Source of the DNA: Candidatus Micrarchaeia archaeon
GTDB lineage: Archaea; Micrarchaeota; Micrarchaeia; Anstonellales; J096
Length of the DNA: 29,554 nt
Reading direction: 5' to 3'
Assembly (NCBI GenBank): GCA_041500865.1
Contig: JBGQMY010000018.1
Location: 1-29,554, forward strand
The position numbers and the translations under genes were made by a program. A model generated the notes under the pieces. It was not told the DNA's origin and ran no database searches. It worked only from the letters and a program-made list of their open reading frames with translations. Positions 27,240-29,554 of the stretch are shown in pieces. The number at the start of each line of letters is the position of its first letter. Position 1 is the first letter of the stretch.

Positions 27240-28741
27240 AGCTGCATGATTTCCCTTGCCTTTGAAAGCACGGGCCCCAGCATCGACATCGCCAGCTCCT
27301 TCTCGCCTGCGGTTATGCTGAGCCAGATGAACGGGAGCGCAACCAGGTAGGATATGCCGGTTATTATCCCAAACTCCAGGAAGCTCTTGAGGATGGACAT
27401 CTGTATGGGAAGGTCAAGCATCCCGCCCACGTAGAGCATCACCGGCACCATCAGCAGCGTCGGCAGCGCGATGAGCCTCAATATATCCATCGCTATCCTC
27501 CTGAGCGGCAGTATTTTGCTTATCAGTATTATCGTAAAGTCGCATGCGAAGTTGGAAATCGCAAGCGATATCGCAATGCCCAGCGCGCCCATGTGGAAGC
27601 CGAAAAAGAGCAGCAGGTTCAGCGCGATTGTGATCATCGAGGCGGAAAGCGTAGTCAGCGCCACTATCCTCGCCCTTCCCATGCTTATCATAATCTGCTT
27701 GATGGTCAGCGATATGGGGGTAAGGAAGAACCCCAGTATGAATATCCTGGCGAAAAGCGCCCATTCGGTATATCCGGGAGAAAGCACGGCTATGATGTTT
27801 TCAGGAAACATGAAAGCTGCAATGGTTATCGGGTAGAACAGCAGTATTGACCACTTTATTCCGGATTCCGCTATGGCGGCGTTGCTTTCCTTGAACTTTC
27901 CGGACCTCAAGACAGGGAAAATCGCGCTGCCGAGGTTGCCGGGTATTGCAACCTGCACGTACTTGCTAGGCCCCAATGCCGCATTGTATCCTGCTATCTG
28001 GTTCTTCATATTGAACGCGCCCAGCATGAAGTTGTCTATGGAGTTGAGCAGCGTTCCGCCAAGGCTGTCGACGTAGAACCAAAGCCCGTTGGGAAGGCCG
28101 CTTCTTAGGTGCTTTATGCCGGCATTGACGCAGCTGAAATCCAGCCCGGTCCTCCAGAATATGAAAATTCCGACCAGTATGTTGTATGCCGTAAGGGCCC
28201 ATAGGAACAGCATTACGTCGCCTCCGGAAAGCGTGCCGTGCAGGAACACCAATGCCGCCATGACTGCAAGCCTGAATATGGGGAATATTGACGTTATGAC
28301 GAGTTTTTCCTTAATCCACAATAAGTTGGTCAGGAAGCCCTGCGTGCCGCCGAATGCCGTGAACACCAGCGCGTATAGAACCAGCGTGACGGAATCGGCC
28401 ATGGTTATGGAAAACAGGTTGAGCGCAAGTATTATGATGAACACTATTGCGGCCGCGACTCCGGAAAGCAGCATGGACAGGAACATGAGCATGGCCCCTT
28501 CGCTCTTGCTCTTTGCGTATATCTCCGGAAGCTGGTAGTTGCAGCTGTACGTTATGACGCTGGACAGCGCAAGCCCGGCAATCGTTATCATCGAAAGCAG
28601 CAAGAAATATTCGGAAACCACGCCGGTCGGCGCATACTTGTACAGCAGGGTCATGTACAAGATTCCGAAGAACACGTAGAACGCAAAGGAGAAGAAGTTG
28701 GTTGTTATTGACTTTACGGTCAGTCTTGCGGCCTCTGTCAT
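27236..28741 (-). CDS. MOP-superfamily oligosaccharide flippase (Wzx/RfbX-like)
   Basis: About 12-14 TM helices; NSIDNFMLG...IAGYNAA motif; probable start ATG 28741 with TTTAAA at 28775-28780. Confidence 0.82.
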   Translation of the reverse strand: MTEAARLTVKSITTNFFSFAFYVFFGILYMTLLYKYAPTGVVSEYFLLLSMITIAGLALSSVITYSCNYQLPEIYAKSKSEGAMLMFLSMLLSGVAAAIVFIIILALNLFSITMADSVTLVLYALVFTAFGGTQGFLTNLLWIKEKLVITSIFPIFRLAVMAALVFLHGTLSGGDVMLFLWALTAYNILVGIFIFWRTGLDFSCVNAGIKHLRSGLPNGLWFYVDSLGGTLLNSIDNFMLGAFNMKNQIAGYNAALGPSKYVQVAIPGNLGSAIFPVLRSGKFKESNAAIAESGIKWSILLFYPITIAAFMFPENIIAVLSPGYTEWALFARIFILGFFLTPISLTIKQIMISMGRARIVALTTLSASMITIALNLLLFFGFHMGALGIAISLAISNFACDFTIILISKILPLRRIAMDILRLIALPTLLMVPVMLYVGGMLDLPIQMSILKSFLEFGIITGISYLVALPFIWLSITAGEKELAMSMLGPVLSKAREIMQL

Positions 28742-28892
28742 CCCATCATCCTGCTCCAATAAGCTTGGAAACGGTTTAAAAGGTGAATGTGAACCCATGT
28801 ACTCCGGCTGTGGGATAAAAGCAAGCAATAGATATGTCTTGGCAGCGAGGCCTAATTACATTCATAAATAACAATTCATTAAATCAAAATAT

Positions 28893-29040
28893 GGCCCGCA
28901 ACAAGGCTGAAAGTGCTGGTTGCGGGCTTGTCAGACTCGAGAGAGCTACCGCCGGGCAGGCGGGGAGTAACGCTTCTGGAGATGGAACCGTAGTCCTGTC
29001 ATTGAAGGAAGAAGCCCAGCTTTAGTGCTGGGTGTGTCAC
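28893..29040 (+). mobile_element. Non-autonomous IS200/IS605-type element or stand-alone TnpB omegaRNA scaffold (no tnpA or tnpB)
   Basis: Five successive stems. The 3' part TACCGCCGGGCAGGCGGGGAGTAACGCTTCTGGAGA...TTGAAGGAAGAAGCCCAGCTTTAGTGCTGGGTGTGTCAC follows the tnpB 3'/right-end pattern: GAAG, subterminal hairpin, terminal TCAC. Confidence 0.78.
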
Positions 29041-29046
29041 AAAACG

Positions 29047-29147
29047 TCCCGCCTGCCGGATTTGAACCAGCAACCCTCCGGTAACTGCCATACGCAGTGC
29101 GCCACTATTAACTACAGCCGGATGCTCTACCGTTGAGCTAAGGCGGG
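29047..29147 (-). tRNA. tRNA-Tyr(GTA) with 29-nt intron at 37/38 (intron 29083-29111)
   Basis: Minus strand folds as acceptor CCCGCCT/AGGCGGG + A73, D arm GCTC/GAGC, anticodon stem TCCGG/CCGGA with CT-GTA-G, T loop TTCAAAT; BHB formed by CUGU:GCAG with bulges AGU and UUA; CCA not encoded. Confidence 0.97.
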
Positions 29148-29210
29148 TTTTTAAGTAAGGGTTACTGCACCATATTTGTTTTTAAATTTTATGATAGAGA
29201 GGCATTCAAG

Positions 29211-29459
29211 GTGGAATCAATGACAATGGCGATCTCGGAAATGATGGGGATGGACGTATTTACGGACACTGGAAAATTCCTTGGAACTGCACAGGAGTTC
29301 ATAATAGACGTTGAGGAAGGCAAGGTTGTCAGGATACTTCTAGAGCCGCTTCCGGCTTCAAAGGAGAAAGTTTTGGAGACCATGAAGGAGAAGAGCGTGC
29401 TTTACAACAGCGTTAAGTCGGTAGGCGACGTTATAGTTGTTACTAAGGCGAAAGAGTAA
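29211..29459 (+). CDS. PRC-barrel domain protein (archaeal CdpB-like)
   Basis: ISEMMGMDVFTDTGKFLG...FIID...GKV...Y.SVKSVGDVIVV pattern; start GTG 29211 or a nearby ATG; TTTAAA at 29181-29186 lies between it and the divergent tRNA. Confidence 0.88.
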   Translation: MESMTMAISEMMGMDVFTDTGKFLGTAQEFIIDVEEGKVVRILLEPLPASKEKVLETMKEKSVLYNSVKSVGDVIVVTKAKE

Positions 29460-29493
29460 TCCTCTCTCCGCCTAAGCGGAGTGACTCTTTTTT
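29451..29493 (+). terminator. Hairpin plus T-tract after the PRC-barrel gene
   Basis: CTCCGC-ctaa-GCGGAG (29466-29481), extendable by AAAGAGT/ACTCTTT, followed by TTTTTT. Confidence 0.45.
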
Positions 29494-29554
29494 AGGAAGC
29501 GTTCTGCGATTTTTTTCGCATCCTTTTGTATTGTGCAGACGCCGGCATCCATTA
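29472..29554 (-). CDS. Possible C-terminus of a gene entering from beyond the right edge
   Basis: Open minus-strand frame ...MDAGVCTIQKDAKKIAERFLKKSHSA* converging on the PRC-barrel gene; too short to identify. Confidence 0.4.
   Translation of the reverse strand, partial: MDAGVCTIQKDAKKIAERFLKKSHSA

Noticed and set aside
28834..29025. 63-aa ORF as a functional protein
   Set aside because: Its 5' half crosses an AT-rich promoter-like stretch and RNA stems; only the tail is meaningful, as a TnpB remnant.
29047..29147. tRNA-Tyr as the boundary of an integrated provirus, or its intron as unusual
   Set aside because: No integrase or duplicated tRNA 3' end was seen, the flanks are housekeeping genes, and the intron is a canonical 37/38 BHB type.

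Overview
This is a compact, gene-dense archaeal chromosome segment. Evidence for archaea: proteasome alpha subunit, Pth2, Hjc, archaeal-type LeuRS and PyrH, DUF2070, TATA-like promoters, and a tRNA-Tyr with a C1:G72 pair and a BHB intron. A DPANN/Micrarchaeota-like host is my inference, not proven. Most of the window is housekeeping: glyA (partial), truD, pth2, acyP, mscS, psmA, pyrH, argS, hjc, srp54, leuS, pyk, a flippase and a PRC-barrel protein. Accessory content: an orphan SPPY-type (m4C) DNA methyltransferase; a 1752-aa secreted protein of 18 Ig-like repeats; a catalytically degenerate ComEC-type MBL lipoprotein; an AT-rich islet (SemiSWEET, membrane-tethered winged-helix protein, palindromes, small membrane protein); and two orphan ORFs. 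The most notable non-coding feature is a ~150-nt structured element at 28893-29040. It looks like a protein-less IS200/IS605 (TnpB omegaRNA/right-end) module whose would-be guide runs antisense into the 3' end of tRNA-Tyr. All calls are by motif recognition and manual base-pairing; no searches were run.
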